Source: Macrostomum lignano (taxonomy: Eukaryota). Taken from it: a DNA stretch of 64,000 nucleotides. Shown piece after piece: positions 12,601 to 23,305 of this stretch. Location of the stretch: positions 62,001 through 126,000 of the forward strand of contig NIVC01001192.1 in NCBI GenBank assembly GCA_002269645.1, written 5' to 3'. The translations under genes and the position numbers were made by a program. The notes under the pieces were generated by a model, which did not search any database, was not told where the DNA came from, and saw nothing but the letters and a program-made list of their open reading frames with translations. The first letter of the stretch is position 1. Each line of letters starts with the position of its first letter.

Positions 12601-15600
12601 AGAGCGATAGTTCACTCCCTAATCCGGAAGAAGTAAGTATGAGTGGAGTGGTGAGTGTAGGGTTGATTCCTAATCAAGCCTGTGTACGGTCACTTAAATC
12701 AGGAACAGACCAAGGGGTTCAAGCGAGAGAGGGAGAGAGAGATAGAGCCAACCCTTGATGGCTAGCCAATCACAAACGCCCACCGGATGGGGACTGGGGG
12801 CAGAGCGCCACTCTAAAATCTAAAAATGTCAGTCCCTTTCACAAGATCGACACTTCACAAGGTTGAAGTATGACATTGTCAAAAACTCTTGCTTAATAGA
12901 CACTTTCGCACTTGTGAAGTTTTGAGCTTTTGAAAGCGACCTTTGGACAAGTAGATTGAGGCAGAATGGGGCATCACGCCAACACTAGTATTGGTTGAAG
13001 GCTTCAGAGTGCATTCTAATTGAGCTGTACTTTAACAATTTGAAATACTTTTAACCGTTTTGAAATAGCTGTATTTTAAATTCCCCAACCAGTTAACTGT
13101 CAGCTGTCGGCCTGGTCGGATTGGTCCACCTGTCCGGTCACCTGCGGCGGCTCCACCCGCAGTCGGACACGCGAAGTGGCCGTTAAAGCCACCGTCGGTG
13201 GCGTCGACTGCGTCGAGAGCGACAAAGTTGAAATGGAAGCGTGCGGCACTGGAGACTGTGGCGGTGAGAGGTTCTGACTATACGGGTGGTTCAATTCATG
13301 CTTTTGGGCTTTTGGGCTTTCACGCTAATGGGGTACTGCATTCAAGACTGCAGAGATCCAGGCTCCTACCAATTTCTCTCTCAGCCCCCATATGCTAAGC
13401 AGAGCTTCATCGCAGTTTGTGAGGCGGATTTTTGCTGCAAAATGCAGTAACGAGGTAGGAAGTCTTAATTCACGGTATCTCACCATTGGACAATCGGAAT
13501 TCCAAGTGAAGCAAGCATGTGCTTTGACCGAAATGTACTCAAATTTTATCAAGCTAGTTCTTCATGAAAGCTAGTTCTCTGTAGTGCATTTTTCTGGATC
13601 AAATTTGTCTATGGCGATATCCCATCCGGTGCTAATCTCTTATTTGTGCAGAAAACATAACCAGGTATTTTGAGCGCTGCCGCTGCTAGTGCACTTGTGA
13701 ATGCACCCCAGACAAAAGCACATGTTTGTGGTCCGTAGCCCAGTGGCCTGGCGGGGCGCTCTGATGTGCCAGCGGCCCGGGCTCGATTCCAAGTGCAGTC
13801 ACATTAATTTGGAGCTAAAGAGCTAAATTGGAATCTCGATTTCGGTCTGCTCTTTCAGTTAACGCCCTTGAAGGCTAACCCCTTTAGGGATGTACAGTGA
13901 AGTGTACATGCCGAACGATAAATAAAGTTAGGGCCGCTGTACACTCCTGTGTGAGTGTTTGCCTGTGCGCATAGGGGCGTCGCCAAGGATTTTATAATCG
14001 GGGGGGACAAAGCCAAGAATTCTGGATATTGTACATGTACGTGACTAAATTCCTACATGTACATTATTTTCAGAATGGTGCTGTCATCGATTTATTTTGG
14101 CGTCGCAGGAACTCATTTTAGCGTCGCAGGCACTCATTTTAGCGCCGCAGGAACTCATTTTAGCGCCGCAGGAACTCATTTCAGCGCCGCAGGCACTCAT
14201 TTTAGCGCCGCAGGAACTCATTTTAGCGCCGCAGGCACTCATTTTAGCGCCGCAGGAACTCATTTTAGCGCCGCAGGAACTCATTTTAGCGCCGCAGGAA
14301 CTCATTTTAGCGCCGCAGGAACTCATTTTAGCGCCGCAGGAACTCATTTTAGCGCCGCAGGCACTCATTTTAGCACCGCAGGAACTCATTTTAGCGCCGC
14401 AGGAACTCATTTTAGCGCCGCAGGAACTCATTTTAGCGCCGCAGGAACTCATTTTAGCGCCACAGGAACTCATTGTTTTGTCGCCCTAAGCAAAATTAAT
14501 GATTTCCATTACAGGTCAACAAAGGTGGGGTGGGCGGGGCAAAGCATTGGCATACCCCCCATAGCTCTTACTGGACTGGGGCGGACATGTCCCCCCTGCT
14601 CGGGGGAGTCGGCGGAATGGCAGTAATGCCTCTCGCCGGTTGTGCGACCATTTCCACAACCCTCTGCCCCTTCAAAAAGCAAATGCTTCCTTCATTTGCT
14701 ATTCGGAACTCCAGTCTCATCATCTTATAAGCTGTACGCAGCCCTTGGCAGTGCCGCTAGCAAGGACTTCTAGTTGTCCTTGGCCGTTAGCTGCCGCACC
14801 TGTCCGCCGTACAGAGGGTCAGGCGTGTTTCTATTTGCCAGCAATATCCGTGTGGACACCAGATCATTTCCTCGTGAAATTCATTCAGTGCAGGGCCGAT
14901 GGGCCCAGTGGACGGACTGGACCAGCTGCAGCGTCACCTGCGGCGGCGGATTTAAAAAACGCGAGCGCTCCTGCGTCAGCCAGAATGCCAGCAGGCCGAT
15001 GCTGCCCTGTCCCGCTGGTGGGAGCGAGATGGCAGTTGCCTGCCACCACTTCCCCTGCTCTCCAAGGCGTGAGTTCGGCGATTGACACAATGAATGAATT
15101 CAAGTAGTTTAGAAACTCTATTAAAGATTTTAAGCCAATAGGCTATTGACAGGATACTTCTCTAAAAGGACGTTCAGAAATTACCCCTCTCTAAGATGAG
15201 TTAGGATACTTAATATGAGCCGCTACACGCGTGTGTAGGCTACTGAGTTCCTACTCTTCGTCAGCTGGTCTTAACCGCTGTTCCAAGACCTCTTCTGTAG
15301 ACGCACACGTTTGAAGCTTTATTTAACTGTCATTGCGCAGATTCGCTTCAAATTCTTTTGATGCTACTATTCAGTAGGCTATTCAGTAGCAATCTCTTAT
15401 TTAATTCTGAATAGAATTCCGCTTTTGAAAATTTAGTCGGTAAAAATTGACTGTTTTCAGAGGCCAACTGCGCAGATTGGGTCGCACTGGGCCTTCAGGA
15501 CTCGGCTGCGGTGGACATTCAGCCTGCTGAAGGAGTGGAGGCTCGGGCCTACTGCAACGTTACTGATAACTCCACCATGTTGGGTAAGATCGTGGCGGGG

Positions 15601-16752
15601 CTGTGGTGCTTAAATCGCATCAGAGAAGAACAAAATTAAACAGTGCAGCTTTAACGTAGTACAAAATTTTTAAACGTCGGCCTTGGACACGAGGTGGAGC
15701 CACAGTCGCAGGACACCATCACTTGTAGCGTAATTTCATTGTTTGGTTTTGTTCATGTATGATGCAACCAGCTTAAATTTAACCGTTTCGCGATGGTTTG
15801 AATTCTAGAAGCTTTAATGCGCCAGTATATAAACCCCCCCCCCCCACAATTGAAGGGCACAGCCTGCAGAGCAATGAGACAGTTGTACACGGCTTCGAGT
15901 CGCCCGGCTCTTACCAGATAACGCTGCACTATGCCGGAGGCTCAACCGCAGCCGCTAGCGCTCTGGCCGCTTCGGCCAAGCGCTGCGAACAGTTTCTAAG
16001 ACTGCGCTGCCGCAACAGCTTGCGGACTCTGGCGGCCGCCACAGGCGAGGTGAATGACTGTATATTAAGATTTCTAGCAAGTATTTCTATTAAATATAAA
16101 TAAAAAACGTTTGTTTGTATACACCAACGCGTCAGGTAATGACCTGGTGGAACAATCGCCAAGGCAGGAAGATGACCTCATGGGGCAGTGTGCCCAACAA
16201 TTTGACAATGTGCAGCTGCGGCTATCTGAGAACGTGCAGCCAGCCAAACTACCTGTGCAACTGCGACGGCTCGACCAATGACTGGGCAGAGGATAGCGGC
16301 TACATCGGCGATGCCAGCATGCTGCCCGTGCTCAGTGTGCAGGTCGGAGACACAGGTGAGTAGCTGAAGCGGATTTTTATATAAGGTGGCTTCCCGTACA
16401 GGAATCCGACCTATCGACGTCGCTGGGTTATCCGTCGGCCTATTTAAAAAATTACCCACTTGCCAGCGTTGCTCTTTGACGTCGGGTATGTCGGCAGAAG
16501 TTGAAATGTTGCACGGGCTTCGAATGTATGTGCAAACTGGTGAGGTCGTAACCCCTGGACGCTAAGTCTTAGAGTCTACTCCTAGAGAACCAAAGTGTTA
16601 GAAAACAGAGACGAGTTCTAGCCTATTCCACAAATTTCGCAGCTCTCGAGGCAACCTATCACATTACAAACAACCCTGTCAACTCTCTCCCACCAGGCAA
16701 TCTGAATGAGTTCGCAGCTGTGCTGGTGGGACCTCTAGTCTGTTGGCACTGA
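700..16752 (+). CDS. 5'-partial multi-exon gene: TSP1 - SRCR - 11x TSP1 - CASPR/neurexin-IV-type fibrinogen-like domain; probably secreted
   Basis: Exons (GT-AG): 700-861, 956-~1144, 1626-1784, 2728-2898, 4520-4684, 6736-6900, 7283-7453, 8606-8770, 9919-10089, 10178-10342, 11305-11475, 12259-12426, 13093-13263, 14889-15068, 15461-15583, 15856-16049, 16136-16355, 16697-16752 (stop TGA). All TSP1 exons are phase 1-1 and translate to VDGxW(Y)xxWxxWxxCSxTCGGGxxxRxRxC-like repeats. The donor of the first SRCR exon (~1144, GTCTGC) is uncertain. No transmembrane segment before the stop. Confidence 0.88.
956..1784 (+). other. SRCR domain (6-Cys, group A-like) split over two exons of the TSP1 gene
   Basis: GYVQIY...[23 protein letters not shown] in the first exon and [38 protein letters not shown] in exon 1626-1784, matching the SRCR G-x-VC-DD-x-W / VVCRQLG / L-x-C-x-G-x-E-x-x-L-x-x-C pattern. 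Confidence 0.85.
1162..1495. repeat. 47-bp intronic minisatellite (GGGTGTCTTTTGGGTGTCCTCTCTCTGGGGTGTCTGTCTGCTCCTTT)
   Basis: About 7 copies; the 47-aa periodicity of the spurious ORFs confirms a 47-nt unit. Confidence 0.95.
1895..2625. repeat. 23-bp intronic minisatellite (TGTCGGTGGAGCTCTCTGTGCAG)
   Basis: About 30 variant copies; explains ORFs 1856-2906. Confidence 0.95.
3533..4139. repeat. 19-bp intronic minisatellite (TAGTGAGGTGGATGCAGCG)
   Basis: About 30 copies; variant GTGAGGTGGGTGCATTGGA at the right end. Confidence 0.95.
4745..5965. repeat. 23-bp intronic minisatellite (CTCTCGTGTGATATTGGGTCTGA)
   Basis: About 50 copies; generates the spurious 500-aa ORF 4512-6014. Confidence 0.97.
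6865..7004. repeat. 70-bp perfect tandem duplication spanning a TSP1 exon end and its donor site
   Basis: 6865-6934 is identical to 6935-7004; donors at 6901 and 6971. Confidence 0.95.
7685..8460. repeat. 44-48-bp C-rich intronic minisatellite (CCCATTAACCCAGCACCCCATTACCCCACTCTCTCAGCTTCGGC)
   Basis: Tandem variant copies seen directly. Confidence 0.93.
9065..9312. repeat. CT-rich low-complexity tract
   Basis: Degenerate (CT)/(CTCAT) repeats. Confidence 0.85.
9335..9870. repeat. 23-bp intronic minisatellite (TTCAGGATAGAATGAGAGATCCC)
   Basis: About 23 degenerate copies. Confidence 0.93.
11495..12100. repeat. 21-bp purine-rich intronic minisatellite (GAAGGGAGGGAAGAGAGGAGT)
   Basis: About 28 copies; gives the spurious EEREERS / VKGGKRG readings. 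Confidence 0.96.
12548..12861. mobile_element. possible MITE-like element (imperfect ~24-bp inverted repeats)
   Basis: TTGTGAAGCTTCGAGCTTGTGAAA near 12548 versus TTTCACAAGATCGACACTTCACAA near 12838-12861 (reverse-complement similar); no TSD identified. Confidence 0.35.
13971..14594. mobile_element. insertion inside the SINE, carrying a 21-bp array; possible non-autonomous DNA element
   Basis: Starts AGGGGCGTCGCCAAGGATTTT, ends near GGCGGACATGTCCCCC; absent from the other SINE copies. Confidence 0.55.
14098..14470. repeat. 21-bp minisatellite (GGAACTCATTTTAGCGCCGCA)
   Basis: About 17-18 copies; gives the spurious AGTHFSA ORF. Confidence 0.96.
15461..16752 (+). other. CASPR/neurexin-IV-type fibrinogen-like C-terminal domain of the TSP1 gene
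   Basis: ANCADW...AYCNVT...[15 protein letters not shown]...[12 protein letters not shown]...[15 protein letters not shown]...CSCG...CNCDG...WAEDSGYI...[12 protein letters not shown]...VGPLVCWH mirrors, from recall, the CASPR segment SCEE..VYCN..CEQ...CRRS..TWW.GR...YWGG..C.CG...CNCD...W..D.G.L...LPV.....DT.....GPLRC. Confidence 0.8.
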
Positions 16753-16909
16753 AGGCGGTTGTGCAGATTACCACCGGAAGAGTTTGAAATTGGTGGCTTT
16801 TTTTGAAGCCAATTCATCTAACGCTCTGGGATTTTCATTGTTTTTGTAGACTCTACAGAGCAATAACTCGCAATCAGAGTAGTAAATTCCTATCGTTAAT
16901 TAAATCCAA

Positions 16910-16915
16910 AATAAA
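16910..16915 (+). promoter_or_regulatory. candidate polyadenylation signal of the TSP1 gene
   Basis: AATAAA about 160 nt after the stop codon. Confidence 0.4.
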
Positions 16916-17436
16916 TATATGCCACTATAAATTGTTACGAACTAAAGCACCACTTGATACTCGTATAATGGCTAACTGCAATAAAGATTTAGTTCTGAAC
17001 TTTCTTTGTACTACACTTGTACTACATGATGGCGAAAAGCCGTCTTTTATTGTTGTTTCTTTTAATTTTCAATTGTCGTACGTACAACGGTGTATGCCGT
17101 ACGCTACACTCTCTGCCCAAAATTATTCATGACTCATTCTCTCGCCTAAACTTGTTTACCAATTTTGACCAATCATGCATCGCTTCACCCTCGCATCCAA
17201 TATCGACTAATAAATGTATTGAGCAAACAAAGCCACCTTACCCTAAAGACCGCGTCTTAAAATAAGCAGGAACCAAGTTGTTTATTACAACCAAGTTTAC
17301 ACACACCTGGTATAACTGAAAATGCCTCATCAGGTTTGAGATTTTTAAAATGGCACAAAATCACAAATTTTGCTACACGTACCCAAGGCGACGTCACCGT
17401 TGCTATGGGGGTAGTTATAATGAAAAATAGTCAAAC

Positions 17437-20020
17437 TCAGGTAGCAGTGCCGTTGACATTTTCGTCGTTATCAGCTGTCGAATCGTTGCGACCATCAATG
17501 TCAGACCGCCTGACTGGCGGTGCCGCTTCGGTGTCGAACTTTTCTTCAAAAGACAGCACTTGACGATTAAGCAGTCGGGGCGCTAACAAAGAAATAAGAA
17601 TGGCGCCAAGGGGCGCAGTTATAACAATGGCTAGCACGGACACTGTCAATATCTGGGCACCCATGGCCTGAGCTTTGGGTCCGGCGCCGGTTCTGCAAGT
17701 TGAATAAATTGGTTTTGGGCATTGTGGTTAATTTAATGTTAGCAGATTCCGGACTAATTCGGCCTTTGTCGGTGCCACTAACCTTACGACGTATGTATCG
17801 CACCTTTTAGTGCAGAACTAACTCCTAGTATTTCTTTGTGTGGGCACCGTGGCGCAACGCCTTCGGCGGCATCGGTTAGACAATTTTATCCATTTCGAAG
17901 ACTCCTGAGCACACACAAACACACGGATACTGTATGCCGACATCCAATCATACCTACGCTCACACAGAGTGTACAGCGGCTCTTGACTTTTTTCGTTAGG
18001 CATGTACACTCTCTGTGCCTTGGGGTTGGCTCTCGTGGGTGTGAATTGAAACCCTCAACCAATTTTTTTAGTACATTCCACAAATAAATGTGGCCACGCC
18101 GCACAGAATCGAAACAGATCGAGAGCACATACAGCACGGCGCGAGATTCAGGCGCATTTACCGCTGAATTGCTTTCCCCCTAGAAGTACTCTGACCGAAC
18201 GCACCTGTAGGCAGTGTCCAACACGGCTGGCCCAATAACAGCCTGCACGGTGGCCTTGGGCAGCCAGGCAAACGGAATGAAGAATCGCTCCCTTACGGTG
18301 AAACCCGCCCCAGTCACGGCGACAAACGCGGCAATCATGCGGAACAGCAATCCGATGAAGAGCGTGGCCAAGATAAAACCGATGGCGTCGGCTTGAAGGC
18401 TCCCAACGTCGATTTCAAAGCCGATAAGGCCGAAAAGCATCGGCTGCGCGATCCTCCAGCAGACTTCCAGCTGGAAAGCGCGTTGTGATTGAAATTGCCA
18501 TCAATTTAAATATCCCTACCCTTAATAATCTATGTTGGCAATCAAGGAACAATCCCTACAAAGGAACAACCCTACAAGGAACAATCCCTACAAGGAACAA
18601 TCCCTGCAAGGAACAATCCCTACAAAGAACAATCCCTACAAGGAACAATCCCTACAAGGAACAATCCCTACAAGGAACAACCCTACAAGGAACAATCCCT
18701 ACAAGGAACAATCCCTACAATGAACAATCCCTACAATGAACAATCCCTACAAGGAACAATCTCTACAAGGAACAACCCTACAAAACAATTGATGGAGATC
18801 TAAAAAAAGATTGGATCTTATCAGTATTGACTATAACCTCCAGGACGCACCGGTCCTAACAGTGGATTTTCCTCATCTGACCAGCCATCGCGAGAGCGCC
18901 AGCCGATGGCCGCCATAAAAGCGACAGTAAGGCAGGCCAGAGCCCCGGCGCCATGCAGTTTGAGTGCAACAGAGCCAAGCAGTGAGATGATGCCGCTGGC
19001 CAATAGAAAGCAAAATCTGAAAAATAGGAAGCGGCGGTGACCAGCTGGTGGCAGGAACCACAGCAACACGCCCAGGATGAGTCCAACGACGATGCCTAGT
19101 AGAGCTTCTAGCGGGCCGCGGGCGATGGTCAGAGCAAGGCTCTCATTGCCGCCGAACACGACGCTAAGCAGTACGCCGAACCCTGTAATTGCTAGCACAT
19201 CGTCGACGCTAGCAGCCGCAATCAGTAGCGTTGGAATCCCCTTGGCAACTCCGTAGCCTTCCGAGCCGATAGCCAGCATGGATGGCACAACAACAGCCGG
19301 AGAAACGGCTGCCAGGACGAAGCCCAATAGGAAACCGTAAGTCCAGGGCAGTTTAAGCAGCAGGTGGGACGCGAAGCCAATAGTTACAGCCTCGGTTATG
19401 CAGGGTGAGAAAGCCAGCAGGACGACGTGCAGGGACAGAGCGCGCAGCCGCTTCGGGTCGAGGCCCAGACCGGCTCGCAGTAGAATGATGCACAGAGCCA
19501 CGCTTCGCAGAGTTGACGACAGAGTCTTGTCGATGCCGAGAGCGAATTTCGCCAGAAACGGGACGCTGCGCATAAAGCAGCCGGCAATGAGCATGCCGAG
19601 CAGTTTTGGACAACGGGGAATCAGACCGAACAGCTCGCCTGTGAGCATGGAAATCGTGAATACCAGGTAGAGACCGAACAAGCCGCCAGTGCATTTCAGC
19701 TTCTTTGATGGGGTGCCAGCGTTGGATTGATTTGATTTTGTCGAGTTGCTACTGTTAGTAGACTCTGGCAGTTGCGCCGTCACGCAAGAGCCAGGCACAG
19801 ACCGGTCAGGGACCAGAGACCAGAGTGTGGCATACATCAGCAGCAAAATAGTTATGCCAGTTAACAGTCTGCCAGTTCGACCGTGGGGCGGGCACAGCAA
19901 GTCGTGATGCAGTTTCTGGGCTATGCTAGGGTCGTCTGGCAGCTGGTGCCTCTCTGCAAGGCACCAATTGTAGCAAGTTCTGTCGCAGCACCGCGTGCAG
20001 GCTGAGGGTGGCTCGGCCAT
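17437..20020 (-). CDS. SLC9B: SLC9B/NHA-family Na+/H+ (cation/proton) antiporter, 3 coding exons, 563 aa
   Basis: complement(join(17437-17692, 18205-18470, 18851-20020)) = 1692 nt, in frame with GT-AG borders. Motifs ILLRAGLGLDP, LAAVSPAVVVPSM, AAASVDDVLAI (DD motif), QPMLFGLIG, AWLPKATVQA, LAIVITAPLGA. SLC9B1 versus SLC9B2 cannot be resolved. Confidence 0.93.
17900..18045 (-). mobile_element. diverged partial copy of SINE family 2 in NHA intron 2
   Basis: CACACAGAGTGTACAGCGGC...CGTTAGGCATGTACAC matches the 35095-35437 copy. Confidence 0.65.
18545..18785. repeat. 15/16-bp minisatellite (AACAATCCCTACAAGG) in NHA intron 1
   Basis: About 15 copies seen directly. Confidence 0.95.
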
Positions 20021-21027
20021 CTCCCTCACTGAACCATCAGGCGGTTCTTTTACTGCCTGGAATAGCAGGGTTTGAATTGTATTGTATGAGAGCCAGTAAA
20101 ATGTTGCATCGGTTTAACCTTTCTATACGAGTTCGTAGCTATACATTCAACGTCCTACTTAAGTGTGCTGACTATTTTAGCTAAGGCATTGAGTTGAGAT
20201 CAGTTACAATTAAGTAATGCGATGCAACATTTTTTGATTATTTTGTTGTTGATAAACAAATTTTCCTAATATTTAGTGGCTAAGCTATACGATCAAATAT
20301 TAAATAAACATATAAGTTGCAGAGCATAAACATTGATTCCATATTCACGCAAAACATTTCCTACAAACGACATCATCTGCTTACTGCCTAAAGAAAAAAA
20401 GCTAAGCATCAAAATATTTTTAAGTTGATAGAAGTTTGAATGTCTGAGAGATATTCCTAAAAACCTTTGTGAACATAAAATGCGAGCTATTTGAGTAGCA
20501 CATGGACTCTGCAAAGTAAAACATATAAATACGAGCGTACATGCAAGTCTACTATCGAGTTACATGATCGAGTTACAGAGTCGATCACTTTCTTAAACTT
20601 GATTATGGAATCAACAATGAATCTACGAGCTATATCTAGATATTGTGTGCAGAGCTACTTTTTCTGTCTCGCTTTTCACAAGAGTGGCTCCAACACGGTC
20701 AATTTTTGAGCCTCAAGAATTAAGAGTTAAGACTTCCTGTCATCCCAACGGATTCTACATTGCCCTTCTCCAATTATCCATCAAACGAAGCTTTTTCAAC
20801 AAGCTTATTGATTTGACTGATTTAAATTGGTGCCAATTTATTTCCGGTGATTACTTTGCATTTGCTATGTTGTTTGCTTGTTGCGATTTAGGGTATTCAC
20901 TTCTCATTCTCATTGAATCTCAGTTGCATTAAAATGCAGCAAGCGTTAGACACCAATAATAATAGTGTTAATAATAATAATGATGATAGTTATAATATTA
21001 ATAGTAATAACATAATAAATAAATAAC

Positions 21028-21300
21028 TGGGCAGATGTGCAACCGACAGCTCAGCCGCAGCTATTGCGCGGCGCATCTGAAGGCTGCGTACGGCTGTTCA
21101 GTGCAAGGAGTGGGGGGTCGCCACACACACCGTCAATTACCCCAGCTAATGCTGGCACCCATTTTACAGCTGGGTGAACTGAAGCAATGCACAGTTATGT
21201 GTCTTGCTCAAGGAAGAAAATTGTTTCAGTGGAATCGAAAATCGAATTCTCGACCTTTCAAACGTGAATCCGACGCTCAAATCAGCAGGCTACATCCCCT
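21028..21300 (-). mobile_element. tRNA-headed SINE family 1 (CORE/Meta-like central domain)
   Basis: Reverse-complement match to the copies at 53892 and 58704. Confidence 0.85.
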
Positions 21301-21467
21301 TGCAGGCTAAATCCTCTTGCAGGCTACATCCCCTTGCAGGCTAAATCCCCTTGCAGGCTACATCCCCTTGCAGGCCACATCCCCTTGCAGGCTACATCCC
21401 CTTGCAGGCTACATCCCCTTGCAGGCTACATCCCCTTGCAGGCTACATCCCCTTGCAGGCTACATCC
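21286..21467. repeat. 17-bp minisatellite (GCAGGCTACATCCCCTT) formed from the SINE 5' terminus
   Basis: About 10 copies; the reverse complement AAGGGGATGTAGCCTGC equals the SINE head start. Confidence 0.93.
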
Positions 21468-23305
21468 ATGCACTACGGTACCAATACCATGCACAAAAAT
21501 CGTGTGCGTGGGCCTATTTTCTCTTAATGACGGTTGACAACTCGTAAAAAGAGTACGTCTACCAAAAACTCATCTACTCGACCGTGCATGGGTGACAGCT
21601 ACAGTACATTTTATTCTTGGAGCACATATTTTAATGTATTACCTACTTTTTACCCGATTCGCTCGTAAGCTGACGCTTTACAGAGAAAGTGAGTACCTCC
21701 TGAATTCAGCACTAAATCAATTTAATTACCTCACCTTCTGGACTTCCAATAGCAAATTAAGCAAGTATACGTTTGGTCCATGGCGCATTCACAAGGTTGC
21801 CAATTAGTTGAAAGGTTAAAAATGCCAGAAATGAAACCGGCCGGACTAAAAGTATAATTTGGGCAAATTATGTCTCTTACGAAGTATATTGTGAGTAATT
21901 ATTCTAATAAGACTTTTTTAGACTGACAAGTATAGCTATTCGCGGTCAAGACTGTCTGGGGTAGAGCCTTTTTTATGAAGCACAATTTTTGCTATGTACT
22001 GATGCACATTAACCATGGCCTTGGACCACAGACAGCGGAAGTTAAACGTACTCTACGAGCTACATGCAGCTCGATTCACTACATTTACGAGCTTACTATC
22101 GGGTAAAACTTCGAGAATCCGTCCAAAAAGGATGCTCAGAAATACAGGCAATTTTTTTGTTTTAATTTTGCCTTAAATTTTCTACAAGCATTCTGTCCCC
22201 AGCATATTCAAAAACCGTCGATAAAAAAGCAATGCCTGAGAATTGCCGCGAGACAGGCCGAAGCATGCATATGTCTGCGTCTAGTACTGACTTCGATGGA
22301 TATCTAGCTGCAAGATAGTTGACATTAATAAATTGTTAACTAATCTTGGTTTACATGGCGAATAAGAAAGAAATCTTAAAAACTTTGATCGGATTAATAC
22401 TTGGCTTCCTCGTAAATTCACACTTCCTCAAACTGAGTTGGAGAAAATAAGTATAACTGTTCACAATTAATTTGAACTTCTGGACTTCTTTGAGCAAATG
22501 AGGAGAAAAGGTGAAAAGCTTATCCATCTATACTGAACAAAGAAAGGGCCGTCAGACCAAAAGTTTCCCGATAGAGCAGCAGGTCAAGAATAATAATGCA
22601 TCCTCGCCCAACCAATCAAAACTTCAAGCTGCCGCGGTGTGACCATGCAGAAAGCTCACTGCAGTGACCGAGAAAACCAGGCAGGGTGCTGCCGCTATTC
22701 TTAGACGATGAATGCTGTTTGCTTCTGTTAGTGGATGATTATATCTGATATCTGGGGAGTCTTAGTCGCTGACTCGATATACATGTATGACGAGGGGCCG
22801 GCAGCCCTTTTTTCGTATGAAGGGGAGGAAATGAGAGTTGCAAGCGGGTCGGCAATGTTAGTGGCCGTGAGCAGGACAGGTCAGAATCCTTAGTAGGTCA
22901 AACATACAGGTCAAGGCTGGTGGGAGGTCTGCACCCTCTATTTGCCTCTGGCAGCCGCAGACCCCCCCCCCACGCTGTCTCGCAAGTCGACCCAGGGTAC
23001 TCGTCCCCGCGTGTGTTCAAGGCAGACCCTAGGGCTGCTGGACAGACTGGGCTCCGGCGCTGGCGACCCTATCCAGTGGCTTCGGCCGAATTTGGGTATG
23101 CGGGTCTGGCTGCTCAACGTACTCTCTAATGCCTAAGGTGTTGACCGTGCCGATGGGCTGGAAGGCCGGGGAGTAGTCCGGTCGCAAGCGGTCCCCCTCC
23201 TGGTGTCGGGCCAGCCTTGAGGGTTCTATTGGCCTACTGCCCGGTCAGGTGGAGCGGCCGGGTGGGTACCGCGCCCCTTTGAGGGTAGCCCACCAACCTT
23301 TTATC

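Larger units (their letters stand above)
13729..14665 (+). mobile_element. tRNA-headed SINE family 2, copy interrupted by an insertion
   Basis: A-box GTAGCCCAGTGG and B-box-like GGGCTCGATTCC; body AAAGTTAGGGCCGCTGTACACTCC is shared with the copies at 35095 and 50755; homology stops near 13970 and resumes near 14595. Confidence 0.8.

Noticed and set aside
14057-14626. AGTHFSA-repeat protein
   Set aside because: A 21-bp array open in several frames on both strands, inside an insertion within a SINE.
15680-15730. Possible extra mini-exon [17 protein letters not shown]
   Set aside because: No clear acceptor, and exons 15461-15583 and 15856 already join in phase to give [15 protein letters not shown].
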